DNA of 64,000 bases from Podarcis tiliguerta. Taxonomy: Eukaryota. The notes under the pieces were generated by a model, which was not told where the DNA came from, searched no databases, and saw only the letters and a program-made list of their open reading frames with translations. Position numbers and translations under genes: made by a program. This document shows, in pieces, positions 47,907 through 61,532 of the stretch; the first letter of the stretch is position 1; each line of letters starts with the position of its first letter. The stretch lies in the NCBI GenBank assembly GCA_965153285.1, contig OZ229113.1. The stretch is one strand, 5' to 3'.

Positions 47907-50805
47907 CTTTCTGTTTGGGTGCAATTGGAAACCATAGAATACAACCACAAAGCTGGCATGTGATGAGAGGTGGGGAGGGCTGAGGCAGAAACATGTGGGC
48001 CCCACACTTACTCGCAGCTTGCTGAACCATGAAAGAAGCCAATGTGTTTGTAACTACTGACTTGTCTTTTAAAATGTATTTTTAGTCCTGTAGTTTTTAA
48101 CTCTTCTATTAATCTTGTAGTGCTTATAGAAGGCATTTTAAACTCATAGTGGTCTATGTGATGTTTAGATTTAAATACATATTCTCTCATTAAGTTTTCC
48201 GTTTTATTATTACATTACCCTTATATTATTTACCGTATATATCACTGCAGTCTCTAAGCAATGCACAATAAGGTTAGAAAAAGTTATAACAGAGATTAAA
48301 TCAGTTAAAGTTACAGTTTTTATAACTTGGTTATAAGGTTTGGTATGTGATAGTTTAAAAACTTGTTCTCAAGCCTGCCTTTCTTTTCTCCCTCCTGTTC
48401 CACTTTAATAGAAACCTCTCCTGTGTTTTCCTTCCCTAATGTGTGGTAATATTGTCTCAACTTTAAGGATGCTCAAATAATGATGTAGCTCTAAGGTCCG
48501 CTAGCTTGTATCCATGAGGAAACATTCACATATAAAAATATCCACAAGGTCAAAACAAAACACTACACTCATTGTTGTGTTAAAGCTGCCCCAAATGGGA
48601 TTAAAATACAATGTATAGATAAATCAGATTGGATTTGTTCCCCAACCTCTTCTCATGCTGATTCACACTTTACTCAATCATAGAACAATGGTGACTCAGC
48701 ATGTTAAGTGCTTAGAAATCCGATCTGAAGTTATGGGATCTTCTAAGAAGAAAGTTTTATATGTAAGCAAGGAAGAGTCAACATATTCTTTTTTAAAGCA
48801 CATACACTTCATTTATTAACTAATACACCATGATTAACAGTCACAACTTTTCCCATTTTAAAGTACACTTAAGGGCTCTACAAAGATCTCTCTTGCCTCT
48901 TCAGTCTATTCTTCCTCCTCTTTATGGGGTAATGAGGAGCTGACAGTGATTTCTCTGCCTTCTCCCTACCCCATGCTTAGCTCTTTGGATTCAAACATGC
49001 ACAGCTCATGCATAAGCAAACAGGTGCAAGGGACAGGAGTTTGCCAAACCCTGAGCAAGCATGAGGTACACATGTATCTTGCTGATTGTGGCATGCCACT
49101 GATAGAAGACGACAAGGCCAGACAATAGGTGGGGTCAGTAGGTGGCTCTTTGATTTTTCTGGCTCCCGATACTGCAGCCGCATGGGAGTTTGCAGATCGG
49201 GGGAGGGATTGCTGTCCATTCCACCCTGGAACATTAAAGCACTGGGATAGACAGCTCGTGATGCAACTGATATAGAGAGTCTGTTTCTCTTATTAATAAC
49301 TTACACAGAAAATTACATGCAACCATATTTACCCCTACTTCTTCTGTTCCTTTGAAAATAAGGAGATGATTAGTCTACCCAGATGAAGTTCATAATAATA
49401 TACACAAGTGTTTGCATGATGCATCTTCTCAATTTTAAAACCTCTGTTGTAGAATAATGAGATGCTTTAATAATAATAAAATATACTTAAATGAACAGCA
49501 CATAATATTCTTCCATCCATGAAGAAAGGGTATATGATCACATTTCCTCTGCATCCTTTCCCCCCCACTGCAGTCATAAAATTATAAAATCAAAACACAT
49601 GCAATAAAAATGCAAGTTTACAGTAAACGCTTTATAAAGTGCTGGCAGTCAAGCTACACAGGCAGCCCAGTGGCTAGCACTGAATTCATTTCAGTTTGTA
49701 TGTGCAACACAAAAATTAGTCAAGTGGAAAAAAATTGGTTTCTCTGTAAAAATGAGAAGTGTCTTTTGGAGAAGTACCTTCTTGAGATCCTTAGATTCTA
49801 ATTATCCATAAATTAAAAACTAGCCCCAATATTTCCATGACAGCAGGCTGCTGATTCACCTGCAGAAACCCAAGAGTTTTCTCATACCCATTGTACTTTC
49901 TGTCACAATACAATTATTTCTAGATAGATAATCATTATGTTAAGCGACAATTGTTAAAGAATCTCTATATGCTCATTTTAAAATGTCCAGGCACATGGTA
50001 TGAGGGTACATGATGCATTGTAACCAACTAGTTGCAGCTAAGATCTGGTCAGTGCCTGGACAGAATACTCTCTGAGAACCCCATGTATGTTTGATGATGT
50101 AAGAAAAGTGGAACATAGATGTATTAACTAAATGAATCAAATTAGTAGTACTTGCCTTTCCTGCCCCATCTGCATTTAGCAAACAGCAGGCAACAAGGAT
50201 TTTGTCTAAACAGGGGTTATATGGATGGTGTTATATGGGTGGGGTAAGGAACATCGCTCACTCCATCCTTAGGCAAACAGGGTTATGCTGCTATTATTGA
50301 TGTTTGACCCCAGCGTTTCACCAAATAACTTTTAGTCTGTAGAACAGACACATTTAAAGATAACCAGAAAATGTGGAATACAATGTATGTGTGATGTCCT
50401 CCACTCATGAACTTGAAAATGATCAGGCCACAGGTACATTTCCTGAGCAAGTCTTTTTGTAGCAATTGGCATGTATAAAACAGCCAGGGATATTTTTTTT
50501 AACCAACGTTATTTAACCAAAGTTACTGTCTTGGTGTGTTTTTAAGTATTCACAAATAGTCAATTAGGGCTCATTTTGATTATGCAAATTGACATAGGGC
50601 ATAAATAAATGTTGTATAACTTCTCACAAATACAGTACTGAAAACACTGTAGATATTATTTTAAAATAGAGCAACTCAGTTCTACCATTTTGTTCTCAAG
50701 ATGAGAAATTTATTGTTATAATGAAACATAAAGGGCTAATTTCAAATCTACAGAAAAGTAGAAATCTATGTCAGCAACTTGCTTAACTACTACCTGAACC
50801 ACATA

Positions 50806-51184
50806 GGTAAAAGTAAAGGTACCCCTGCCCATACGGGCCAGTCGTGTCCGACTCTGGGGTTGTGTGCCCATCTCACTTAAGAGGCTGGGGGCCAGCGCAG
50901 TCCGAAGACACTTCCGGGTCACGTGGCCAGCGTGACAAGCTGCATCTGGCGAGCCAGCGCAGCACACGGAAATGCCATTTACCTTCCCACTAGTAAGCGG
51001 TCCCTATTTATCTACTTGCACCCGGGGGTGCTTTCGAACTGCTAGGTTGGCAGGCGCTGGGACCGAACGACGGGAGCGCACCCCGCCGTGGGGATTCGAA
51101 CTGCCGACCTGACGATCGGCAAGTCCTAGGCCCTGAGGTTTTACCCACAGCGCCACCCGTGTCCCTTAGCGCCACCCGCGTCCC
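50806..51184 (-). mobile_element. Sauria SINE (subfamily A), full length with duplicated 5' end
   Basis: Starts GGGACGCGGGTGGCGCT on the minus strand, has the B-box and an ACCTTT tail. TSD TGAACCACATA at 50795-50805 and 51185-51195. Confidence 0.95.
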
Positions 51185-53188
51185 TGAACCACATACTGAT
51201 CCATAAATATTCATAACATTTGCTTTTTAATTATGCTTTTGTTAAGCTAGAAATATTTATTTAAATCTCTCATGCTAAAAGAGGTAGAAGGGGGAAGTTT
51301 ACAAGAAGGTATGGCTTACTCAAATGATACTCAAAAAAATGATTCCTTTTTCCTTTGATCTTCTCGGATTTGCCACATCAGAGCTAGCATGTCTAGCACT
51401 ACCAGGAAAAAGCTTTTAACTCTGATATTTTTGTCACCTAAGAAAGAGCACTGCTGGGAACTACCACCTTTTAATTGTCATATATGGTATTTAGAGTCTA
51501 GCTAATGGTCCCAATTCTCATTTACCCTAAACACTTTTACTCTGCTCCAGTGGTACTTGGAAAACTTAAATGGAGTACAAATTACACCTAAGTCCATTTA
51601 AAGCTATTTAATGATGCCAGAATAATGTTAACAGGTCTAAGTATAAATGAGAATCAGATATTATAGATGTCTGTCTACTAAGATATAAGGACTGTTTTGC
51701 CAGCCCTAACAATGCAATTTGACATGGCTTTACTTTTTCTTATCAATTGCAAATGTTGCTCACTTTCTTGTGAGAAGAAGGAAATACCAAATTAACGTGG
51801 GGCTGTGAAGTAAGAGAGTGGTAAGACACTTTATGCTTTTTAACTTCATCATATTTAGCTAAATTTACAATTAAAATTACTGCATTACAAATCATTTTGT
51901 ATTTTGGATAGCACTTCCACCTGTTACCTGATGCCATCAACCTTTTTTAGGTGACAACACCCACCCTTACCCATTCTCATATACTTTTTAGAATAAGCAG
52001 AAATGGATTCCGAGAACCTTGAGATAACTAATGTTTCAGATCAGGAATGCCTTAAGATAAACATCTTTCTCATTTGCAGCCACACAAATGACAGCAAACA
52101 GGTTTTCCCTGTCATCACTGGGATGCTTATATTGTGTTCATAATATGTGAAGTAAATATACAAATGTCCTAGAAAGAATCATCTGGGTGAACATGCTGCT
52201 AATTTAGTATGTGACCATTGGTGCCCTGTGAGAGGACATTAACTTCACAGTTTCCCAGTGTTAGCAATCAGTAGTAATGCATAAAGAGGTAAAATGTGGC
52301 ATGGTTGGCACCACTTGTGCAGTAGATTTTACCCCAGGATGCAATGGAAATGAACAATCATTCAGCAAGCCTGTTTGGCCGGCCTCTAATTTATCATGGC
52401 TTACATCTCTTGCCTGCCAGCAGAGCCGAATTCATATGTTATTGTCCCAAACCTGTCACTTTCTGGACTGCTTTTTAATCTTCCACCCAGAATTACATTC
52501 AGAAAGGTCACTGCTATCCAATTAGAACCTTATCAAAGATGCACATGCAGCCTGGATTCCCGCTTATCGAGAATGGGTCATAAATCCAGAAATTGCACAT
52601 CACAAAGTACCATTACCATAATGAATAACTGAAGGGGGGGGAGTAAAAAACAACAACTGTATTTGCCAAGCAAGCCATTGATTCCTTCTTCTGTGTTGTT
52701 CATAGCAGGTATATGATAGAAACAGGTTCTTAAGAAGAGAAATATATATAGGAATAGAAGATAATCAAGGACACTTAAACAAGTTAATTCATTTCTTATT
52801 TAGATAAAATGGTTCCAGCAGTGTTCTGGTAAAACGCCGTATTTTATTCCTCGAAACAAAAGATTTATTATTTCAACAATAAAGTAAAGTGGATGCCTAT
52901 ATAAAAAAGTCAAAAAATCATATTCAGGCCTATGTGAACAGCTATGATGTGAGTACTACCAAATTCATTAACTGTATGTCTTAAATTCTGAATACTATAA
53001 TTCACCACATAATTGTCGCCACTGCACAATAGTCTCACCTTGTTTTTCCACTCAAAAAATTGGAAGATTACGTTTCATTGTGTAATCATCTCATGGCAAC
53101 TTCTGAGACTCTGCCAGGCCTCAGGCCCCTTCCTTGCCTTCTCCAGACTCCTTTCTAAAAGATAAATGTAAGGGATCCAAGACCCCTT

Positions 53189-53535
53189 AAAAGGTAAAGG
53201 GACCCCTGACCATTAGGTCCAGTTGTGACCGACTCTGGGGTTTCGGTGCTCATCTCGCTTTATTGGCTGAGGGAGCCGGCGTACAACTTCTGGGTCATGT
53301 GGCCAGCATGACTAAGCCGCTTCTAGCGAACCAGAGCAGCGCAAGGAAATGCCGTTTCCCGCCGGAGCGGTACCTATTTATCTACTTGAGCTTTTGCATG
53401 CTTTCAAACTGCTAGGTTGGCAGGAGCAGGGACCGAGCAATGGGAGCTCACCCCGTTCCGGGGATTCGAACCGCCGACCTTCTGATTGGCAAATCCTAGG
53501 CTCTGTGGTTTAACCCACAGCGCCACCCGCGTCCC
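53189..53535 (-). mobile_element. Sauria SINE (subfamily B), full length
   Basis: AAAGGTAAAGGGACCCCTGACCATTAGGTCCAG...CACAGCGCCACCCGCGTCCC. 14-bp TSD ATCCAAGACCCCTT at 53175-53188 and 53536-53549. Confidence 0.95.
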
Positions 53536-56500
53536 ATCCAAGACCCCTTGCACCTTGCCAACTCTGCCATGAGTTTCCAGGTCACCTTGGCCACTTCCTG
53601 GAGGCACTGCATGGGGGCCCAGTGCAGCCACCTCTCCTAAAACCAAGCGAGATAGGGGTTGGCATGGGGGGCTCCTGAAACGGTGAGGGCCAAAGACCAG
53701 GCCCTCACTGGCTTGCCAGTCCCAAGTGGAGATACCGTAGCTGTAGGACACAAGGCAAAGCGAAACCTGGCCCAGGTTAATGCTGCTGCTGTTGCTGCCG
53801 CAGGCTCACACCCCACAACATCCCAACAGGTAAGCAACTATGTCTGCCAACCGTACACAACCCCTTCCTCCACCCCTGTAATTCACCACATAATGGTCAC
53901 ACACCCCTTTTCGGGGGGGGGGGGATGACAAAAAACCTGCAACCATTATGCAGTGACTTACGAGTACTTAGTTTGGTGATGCTTGCTGAATCAAAGGAAA
54001 ATATTTTACGTGTATTCAAAAGGTAGTTTAAAATTGTGGCTGTAGTATATTAAGAATTATAGGGTGACATGAGGAATGCACACCTTTCATAAAGTGAATT
54101 AGTTACCTTTAATCTTAAAACCAAGTTGATTCACATGTTATGGAAGATTGCAGAAGTCACATTCACCATTTATTTCATGGGCTGCATGGAAATAATCCAG
54201 CAAGAGACTGGCCCATGTGGTCATGATGCCATATACTCAAGCTCGTCTACAACAACTCAAAGCTGTGATCCGCAGACCAGTGATCACCAGTGATCAGCTG
54301 CTGATCTGTGGCAACTCTACCACAGCCCAGGTTAGGTGGGATGTGTCAGGGACCAAATACAGTACTAGTCCGACACATTTTTGGGTGGGGAGTGGGATTA
54401 CCAATGCACTACATGAGATAGTTTGAAAAGCACTGTTGTACTTCTTCCATTTTCCGTTTCCTCCACTAAGCATTTTATTCTAAACAATCTCTTGCAATAC
54501 CAAAATGAATTACCAATCATTTTGGTTATGGATATTTCACTAAGCCATCTTTGAACAGGACCCTTCTTATTTGCTTCTGAGTTTTCACACATTTAAACAA
54601 ACAGAATGTAATTTTTCATTCATTAAGATTGAAAGGGAAAAAGCAGTCAGTGGCACTACAGAGAGCAACTCTGAAGAGCCCTCTGCAAGTTTCTCTAGTT
54701 GATTTTTGTTTTACGTTGATCATGAGAAACAGAAACTATACCCAGGGATTTTTAAATGTTGACAGGCATATATTTTGTAGCTGTACATTACTTGCTGACA
54801 TCTAGTGCTGTCAGGATCTGTCTTCATGCAAAAGTGATTGACCTTTGTTCATAGTTATCAAAACAAGTGAAGAAAAGCAGTAGCAAAAACAAACAGTTTG
54901 ACTAGAGCAGCTGCTGTCCAACTTCAGTGTTCAGATAAATAAATATTTTCATGGAAATTATCAGCTTTATTTTTCAGTCAATTCTACCTAAAGATTCTCA
55001 TCAGCTTAAGAAGCTGGTCAAAATATTTACAGTGCTATCCATCTTACTTTTAAAACCCACTGCCATTAAAAAATATGTAGTAATTCCGCTGTTAATAGCT
55101 CTTTTTTAAGTATCTTTAATTCAAGCAAAAACAAACAAATTGCAAGCAATTCTTACAGAACAATTGCAGACTTGAGTGTGTGGTCAAAGGTCCTCAAAAC
55201 CTAAATACAGTAATTTACATCCTTATTGAATATTATTCAATGAATGACAAGTAAAAAGGCCCTGTGTTTCCATTCATGCTAGTAAGGTCCACCAAATTTT
55301 ACCAACCCCTCCATCCGTGCACTTATGCCTTTTGCCCTACTGAAAACTCATCCTGTGGGTTGGGGGGCACTCCATAACTGAATGAGATATGATAAAGAGG
55401 GCTGTGGTAGGTAGAGGGGGTCATAAAAAAAATCAGTTGTCCCAACTTGCACAAGAAGAAATATTTCTGCCACCATTGGATGGACCTACAGAAACAAAGC
55501 CTATGGATCATGGTACATAATAAGGATGGTTAGGAAAGTGTCCGCTTTGGCTGCCTGGAATTTCTAGCGCCTTTGATAACTGGATGAAAGCGGTGTCAAT
55601 CGTTAACTCTCTACTAATTTTCTTAAGTCAGTAACATGTTTGCTAAAACACAATAATACATATTGGAGAATTATCTTGCACTACTTGATCCTAAATACGC
55701 AGCACTATGTTTTGACTTCCAATCCTTCTAAAAGTCTTGATTTGTACTAATTCTAAAAATTTTAAGCATGTTTCCATCATCTTACTGTAAACTAAGCAGA
55801 GAATTCTTGACATTTTATTATTACTGCAGTGTAATGGTTACCAAATTTACAAACGTGCAGCAAGCCTTTTTTATTCTTTTTTCTTCTACAGAGTTATTGT
55901 TCCAAAGCACTGCACAGTCACAATTGTCAAAGTACACGAACTATTTCAACAGCAAAGTGCAATGATAGGATGAATACTGTTTCAGCATTTCCAGGTAGCC
56001 CATTTCTGGAGGGCTGGCAACTCAAACACAGCTGTATTATTTTACTAGGGACGACATCTTAGTACAAAATATTTCAACCTTCATTAATTAGATTTCAGCA
56101 GGAGCAGAGGAAAGTAAGAACACAATAGGATTTCTTGGTTTTCCCCTCTTGCCTTTTTTTTAAAAAAAAAAACAAATTATTTGTATTTAGGTCTTGTGTT
56201 TCTATTCTGTGAAATAAAGTGACCTTTCTAAAGATTAATTTCTACATGCAAACTTATTTCCTTTGAATGCATCACCCCATACAACCAGCTCTGGGGCATG
56301 TCTGAGTAAAGGCATAATCAATGCCTTAAGGTCATGTCATGTCCCATTGCTGACATTTACATGACACTCTGCCTCTGTATAAATTCTTGTAGAACTTCAA
56401 GTGATATATGTAAGTGGAAACTAAACAAGATGATAACCAAGCAGTATACTTGGTGCTAGGGCTACTTGCCTATTAAAAGCGACGTATTCCAAAAAATGGT

Positions 56501-57049
56501 GATGAACCTATGTGCCACTAGAAGGAACAAGCAGAACCTGCCCCCTGCCCCCCAAAAATCAAACTTATATGTCTAAAATTTTAGTTACACAAACAGAAAC
56601 TCCACTTACAGTTTTGTACTAGGGGGATATACAGCTTTATTAAAATAATCTTGTATTTGTACATTAGGCTTCCTACTTATTCTTTAGAAGGTATCTGTTT
56701 CTCTTCATTGCAGCATTCAGGTCAGGAATTCTCCATATACACTGATAAGGCAAGTACAGCAAAACAAACAGATTTTTTTCTCGGGTTCATGATTCCTTGC
56801 ATCATGAAAATACACATTATACTCTCCTTTATTTCCATATATAAGTTTAAAATTGTATGATTTTAAACTATATTTTATTACCAGAAAAGAAAAGACTCAT
56901 AATAAATAAACAAATAAATAAATCATTAAAATATAGTTTCTAAACTTCTGTGCTGTACAGACAAAAGAGAAACTGATCCCCCATCTGTTTAGAATACCTT
57001 CCAAACTCCAATACCCTCTCTCTCTGAGAGAGATTACAGTTTGAGGATA

Positions 57050-57280
57050 CAGTGGTACCTCGGGTTACATACGCTTCAGGTTACATATGCTTCAGGTTAC
57101 AGACTCCACTAACCCAGAAATAGTACCTCGGTTTAAGAACTTTGCTTCAGGATGAGAATAGAAATCGTGTGGCGGCAGTAGGAGGCCCCATTAGCTAAAG
57201 TGGTGCTTCAGGTTAAGAACAGTTTCAGGTTAAGAACGGACCTCCAGAACAAATTAAGTACTTAACCCGAGGTACCACTA
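57050..57280 (+). mobile_element. pogo/Tigger-like MITE, full length
   Basis: TA|CAGTGGTACCTCGGGTTA ... TAACCCGAGGTACCACTA|TA. Confidence 0.92.
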
Positions 57281-58033
57281 TATTTCTAACACCCCCAATC
57301 ACATACAGACATATGTCAGAGAGAAACTCTGCCCACGATACAACAAACCTAGCACATGTTGAGAAGCAACCACTATGTGTTTAAAAATAGCCAAGAAACA
57401 AGATGTTCAGGACCAAGATTTTGTTACAGATATTTTTATTAATGGGGGGGGAGGAATTGAGGCAAACCAATGAGACAAAGCTTTAAGTCTCTTGTTCAAG
57501 CTGGACAAAACACTGGCCTTCATTGGTGATTCTCCTGATTTATGTTATGTTATCTGCTGAAAATAGAACAGGCTTTGATTTAAAAACAAAATTATGTGGG
57601 ATGGATTTCCATTATTTAGAAGCCAATTTACTTAGCTATAGGAACGTCTAGCATTTAAGAGGTTCTTAGATGTCTCCCTTAACACAATTTATTGCAAGCC
57701 CATACAACTTGTGACTCACTGAGCTGAATGCAGCTTGTAAATACAAGAAGTAATGCCTACCTGCAAGGTTCTTGCCAATGTATATACTTTAGTAGTAGTC
57801 CCTGGTACCCTGGTTCCCATTCAGTCTATGGTGGCAGAGCACTTACTTGAGAGTAAAGAAAATATCTTTATCAACTCAGATAAACGGTACAGACACAGCA
57901 ACAGTTATAGAGGCAAGAGGACCACCGAACAACAAGAGATAGATACACGAAATGCTGGGAGGGGGGAAGCATATAAACAAATGTACATGCTGCCTTTCAT
58001 TCCTCAAAAGGACCTCCAAACCACAAACATATA

Positions 58034-58268
58034 CAGAGGTACCTTGGGTTACATACGCTTCAGGTTACATATGCTTCAGGCTACAGACTCCCCTAACCCA
58101 GAAATAGTACTTCGGGTTAAGAACTTTGCTTCAGGATGAGAACAGAAATCGTGCTCCGGCGGTGTGGCAGCAGCAGGAGGCCCCATTAGCTAAAGTGGTG
58201 CTTCAGGTTAAGAACAGTTTCAGGTTAAGAACGGACCTCCAGAACGAATTAACCCCAAGGTACCACTG
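58034..58268 (+). mobile_element. pogo/Tigger-like MITE, full length
   Basis: TA|CAGAGGTACCTTGGGTTA ... AACCCCAAGGTACCACTG|TA. Body shared with 19983 and 57050. Confidence 0.92.
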
Positions 58269-58349
58269 TATCTTAATATGGTAAAAAGCAACAGCACTGA
58301 AAATTTGCTCTTCAAGAACCCTAAAAATATAGTAAAAATAAATTAATTC

Positions 58350-58540
58350 ACAATGGCTACTAACCACCTCCATGGTTGGAGGCAATAATGCTTCTGAATA
58401 CCAGTTGCTGGAAACCACAGGAAGGGAGAGTGCTCTTGCGCTCAGGTCCTTCTTGCAGGCTTCTCATTGGCATCTGGCTAGACATTATGAGAAAAGCATG
58501 CTAGCCTAGGCTGGCCTGATCCAGTGGCGTTGTTCTCATA
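58350..58540 (+). mobile_element. CR1 LINE 3' UTR fragment (second CR1 family)
   Basis: CAATGGCTACTA...GCTTCTGAATACCAGTTGCTGGAAACCACAGGAAGGGAGAGTGCTCTTG...GGCCTGATCCAG is a typical squamate CR1 3' end (recall). Confidence 0.7.
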
Positions 58541-60509
58541 CAGCCACCATTAAAAAATATACATGAGTTCTAATAACAGCTATATAGGTTTGTCAAACCT
58601 AAACCAGATGCTGCCTCCTATGCTGGCTAATAGGTTTGTGGCACACCATCCACCTTGGTTTAACCATCAATATTGGTGGCAGCAGTTGTTGATCTCATGA
58701 GGAACATAAATTTCTAGCATCGCATTGGAATTGACAGTCAACCAGAGGGTTATGCTGGTGCAGTAATGGGGTCAATGCCATTTTAACAGCAAGAGCCTGT
58801 ATCATCAGATATTCTGATTTACAGGACTGAATTAGGAAGATGTGGGAGAAAGTTACGGTATGCACCTTTCTAAGAATTTACAGCTTGACCGTTTGTCTCT
58901 TTCTGTTCAAATTTCTTATCATCAAAAACTGCTGTCAGCTGGCCACCACACCACTGATGTTGCAGCTTGTCCAACTAGCTGCAATTACAAATTACCACCC
59001 CATAGTTTCCCACATTTAAGGCTGTCACTATAGTTGTCAGAGTGTGTGTAATTGCTGCACAGTACCCTCACAATCGGCTTCTGCACTGATCTATAGAGCC
59101 ACTCTATTCTGCAGCTGTCAGAATGCTGACACCAACTGCAGTTAATGACACAGCGTCATCTCCCCAGCTCGTTTACCTGCCGGCCTGCAAACAAATGGAC
59201 ACTGGCAGGGAAGAAAGAAAGTGAGCAGCAGATACAATATTTATCATAATCACTATGATCCACGATGGAGGAAAATCAATTTCTCTTAATCGAGTAGAGT
59301 GACTTATTAAGGGTTATGAGTCCTGGCTGGGTGGCTGTACTGATTTGATTATGTTAAAAGAGAAATTAGCAGCAAGGTCCTAGACTGTCCCTCTGTATCT
59401 CTGTCTTCTGTCTTCAGGTTGTTATTATTTTAAAAGTCTTAGTGAGTAGGTCCTGCTCTGATTGGGGAGACCACAAGTAAACAGAGTGCCAAAAAGGTTT
59501 CAGAAGTGTTGACAAGTAAAGATGTAAACAGTCACAATTTGCCCATTGCAGCATTTTTCATTTATAATTGAAAGAGCAGAACTATGGCACATGGCTGCTG
59601 CAAACACAGTATCTTCCTATAAGATTTTTAGAAGGTGCTGAATCAATTTGTCCTTCCTATTTCCCAGATTTGAAAAAGGAGGGCATATAAAACCATTAAC
59701 TGCAGTCACTGAGGGCACTGTGTAGTGTGACCATATATTAAAGCTTGTAAGGATTTTGCAGGACACGATCTATTAAAAGAAAAAAAATCTCCCTTTTGTA
59801 TTCAAACTTTGATGCAGGTTTAAGATAGCGAGAAAAATGAGTATTTAAAATTTTAATTTTAAGGCTCATGAACCTTGTAAACTAAGGAAACATATGAAGT
59901 ATTCTATTATTTGCGACGATTGCGTGGCAATCATGGTGAACAAAATCCCTAAATTACACTTCTCTGTTTTCTTTTTCAGTATTTGGAGAGGACTGAGAAA
60001 TCAGGGTATTATCCACTGCTAAGTTCTTTTGTACAAACTATGCCTTAATTGAACTCCAGTTAATTCAACTGAACTTTGCAACCTTGCACAGAAGAATGTA
60101 ATGATTTTTAGCACTTTTATATTAGTTTTGGATATAATATGTGGCAAATAGTGTTTGGAAACTGTGGTAATTTCAAAGGACAGGTGGAAGAGGAACATAA
60201 AGGAAGCTCATAGTTTATGCAACCTTTAAAGCACAGCATAACTTTTTATATATGTATATAGTTTCAATTCTGGTAATGTTTAATTGTTTGCTCTGTTTTT
60301 AGTGGTTCTTGTTTTTATGTGTATGCTACCTTGAGGAAAAGTTGGGGGTATAAATAAATATATAATAATATAATTTTTTTAAAAAAACACAGCATAACTT
60401 GAATATTCCATGTACAGTACAGTCTAATTTAGGCTGGGAGGGATAACTTCTTGTGTTCTCTAGTTAGTTATGATCATCTATCTGCTGAATATCCATACAC
60501 TTGCTGAAT

Positions 60510-60588
60510 TGAATATACCTATTATTATGTATTGAATTTCTATACTGTCCTATACCCAGAGGTCTTAGGGTGGTTCACAGAAAAGATC
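60510..60588 (-). mobile_element. L2-type 3' tail fragment
   Basis: TTATTATGTATTGAATTTCTATACTG.CCTATACCCAGAGGTCTTAGGGTGGTTCACAG resembles the antisense L2 terminus. Confidence 0.5.
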
Positions 60589-61323
60589 TTCTACCTACGG
60601 GTATCTTCTTCAGAACCATAGAAGTTAACTTGCTTTTCAAGCATCATAATTTTTGTCCTAATGGTTGTCCTCCAAGAATTGCAATAGTAAAAGGGGAAGT
60701 TGGGATGGTCTCAAACTGGCTAAGGAAAGGGTTCTCTGAAGGCAGTATGATTCCTTGTCTACCTACCATCCAATCCATGCTGTTTGGCAAATCGTAGAGT
60801 TTAATACAAACTGATATTTTTATGCAAACTGCTATAGTTCGGCAAAGTTCAATACAATATAAAAGATAAATTATTAAAATGTGTGAATGGCCAAGCCACA
60901 TTATAGAGTTCTTAATGTTTAAACTTCTTAAGCTTAGGAATCCTTCATAAATCTTGACAATCTGCCAACCTTACTTTAGTTATGGATACTTATACTTCGT
61001 TGTTATAACAGAAACCTTGGATTGAGAAATGTGTCAAAGGGTAGTGATTGGTTGTTATAAATATGTATCAGGTACCTGAATAATTCTTTTAAACATGCCA
61101 GCCAAGTGTAGCATCCTCCACCATATCCAAAGCTAGATGTCGGCGTAAAAGCTTTGCTTACGTTACAAGCAATGCAAACCTCCACATCTCAAAGTGATTT
61201 GCCTTGTTACAACATTGAGGTTTACTAATACAACTGGCATCATGAAACTCCTAAACATAAAGGAATACTCTCAAGAACTGTTCCTTTTAAAACTATTTTA
61301 TACCACCATTAAGTTTACAAATT

Positions 61324-61532
61324 CAGTGGTTTTCAAACCACGTTCCAGGTCACCTGGAACTACAGAAGAGGATTCCTCAATTAAATTAACACTGAATTCT
61401 AAGAAGGCTCAGTAGACTTGCCTTAACATGAACAAAGTGTATGATTCTTCAGAAACATTTGTAATTCACTAGGGTTTCTCAACAGCCAAGTTAGAAATGG
61501 ATCCCCAAGAAGTAAAACATCTGAAAACACTG
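61324..61532. mobile_element. Old hAT-Charlie/MER5-like MITE
   Basis: Ends CAGTGGTTTTCAAA ... CTGAAAACACTG. TSD not preserved. Confidence 0.45.

Noticed and set aside
57753-58139. 128-aa ORF
   Set aside because: Chance ORF running into a MITE, with no domain.
60590-61190. Possible endogenous viral or LINE coding remnant
   Set aside because: Translations I tried gave no recognisable motif. A tBLASTx/HMM search would be needed.
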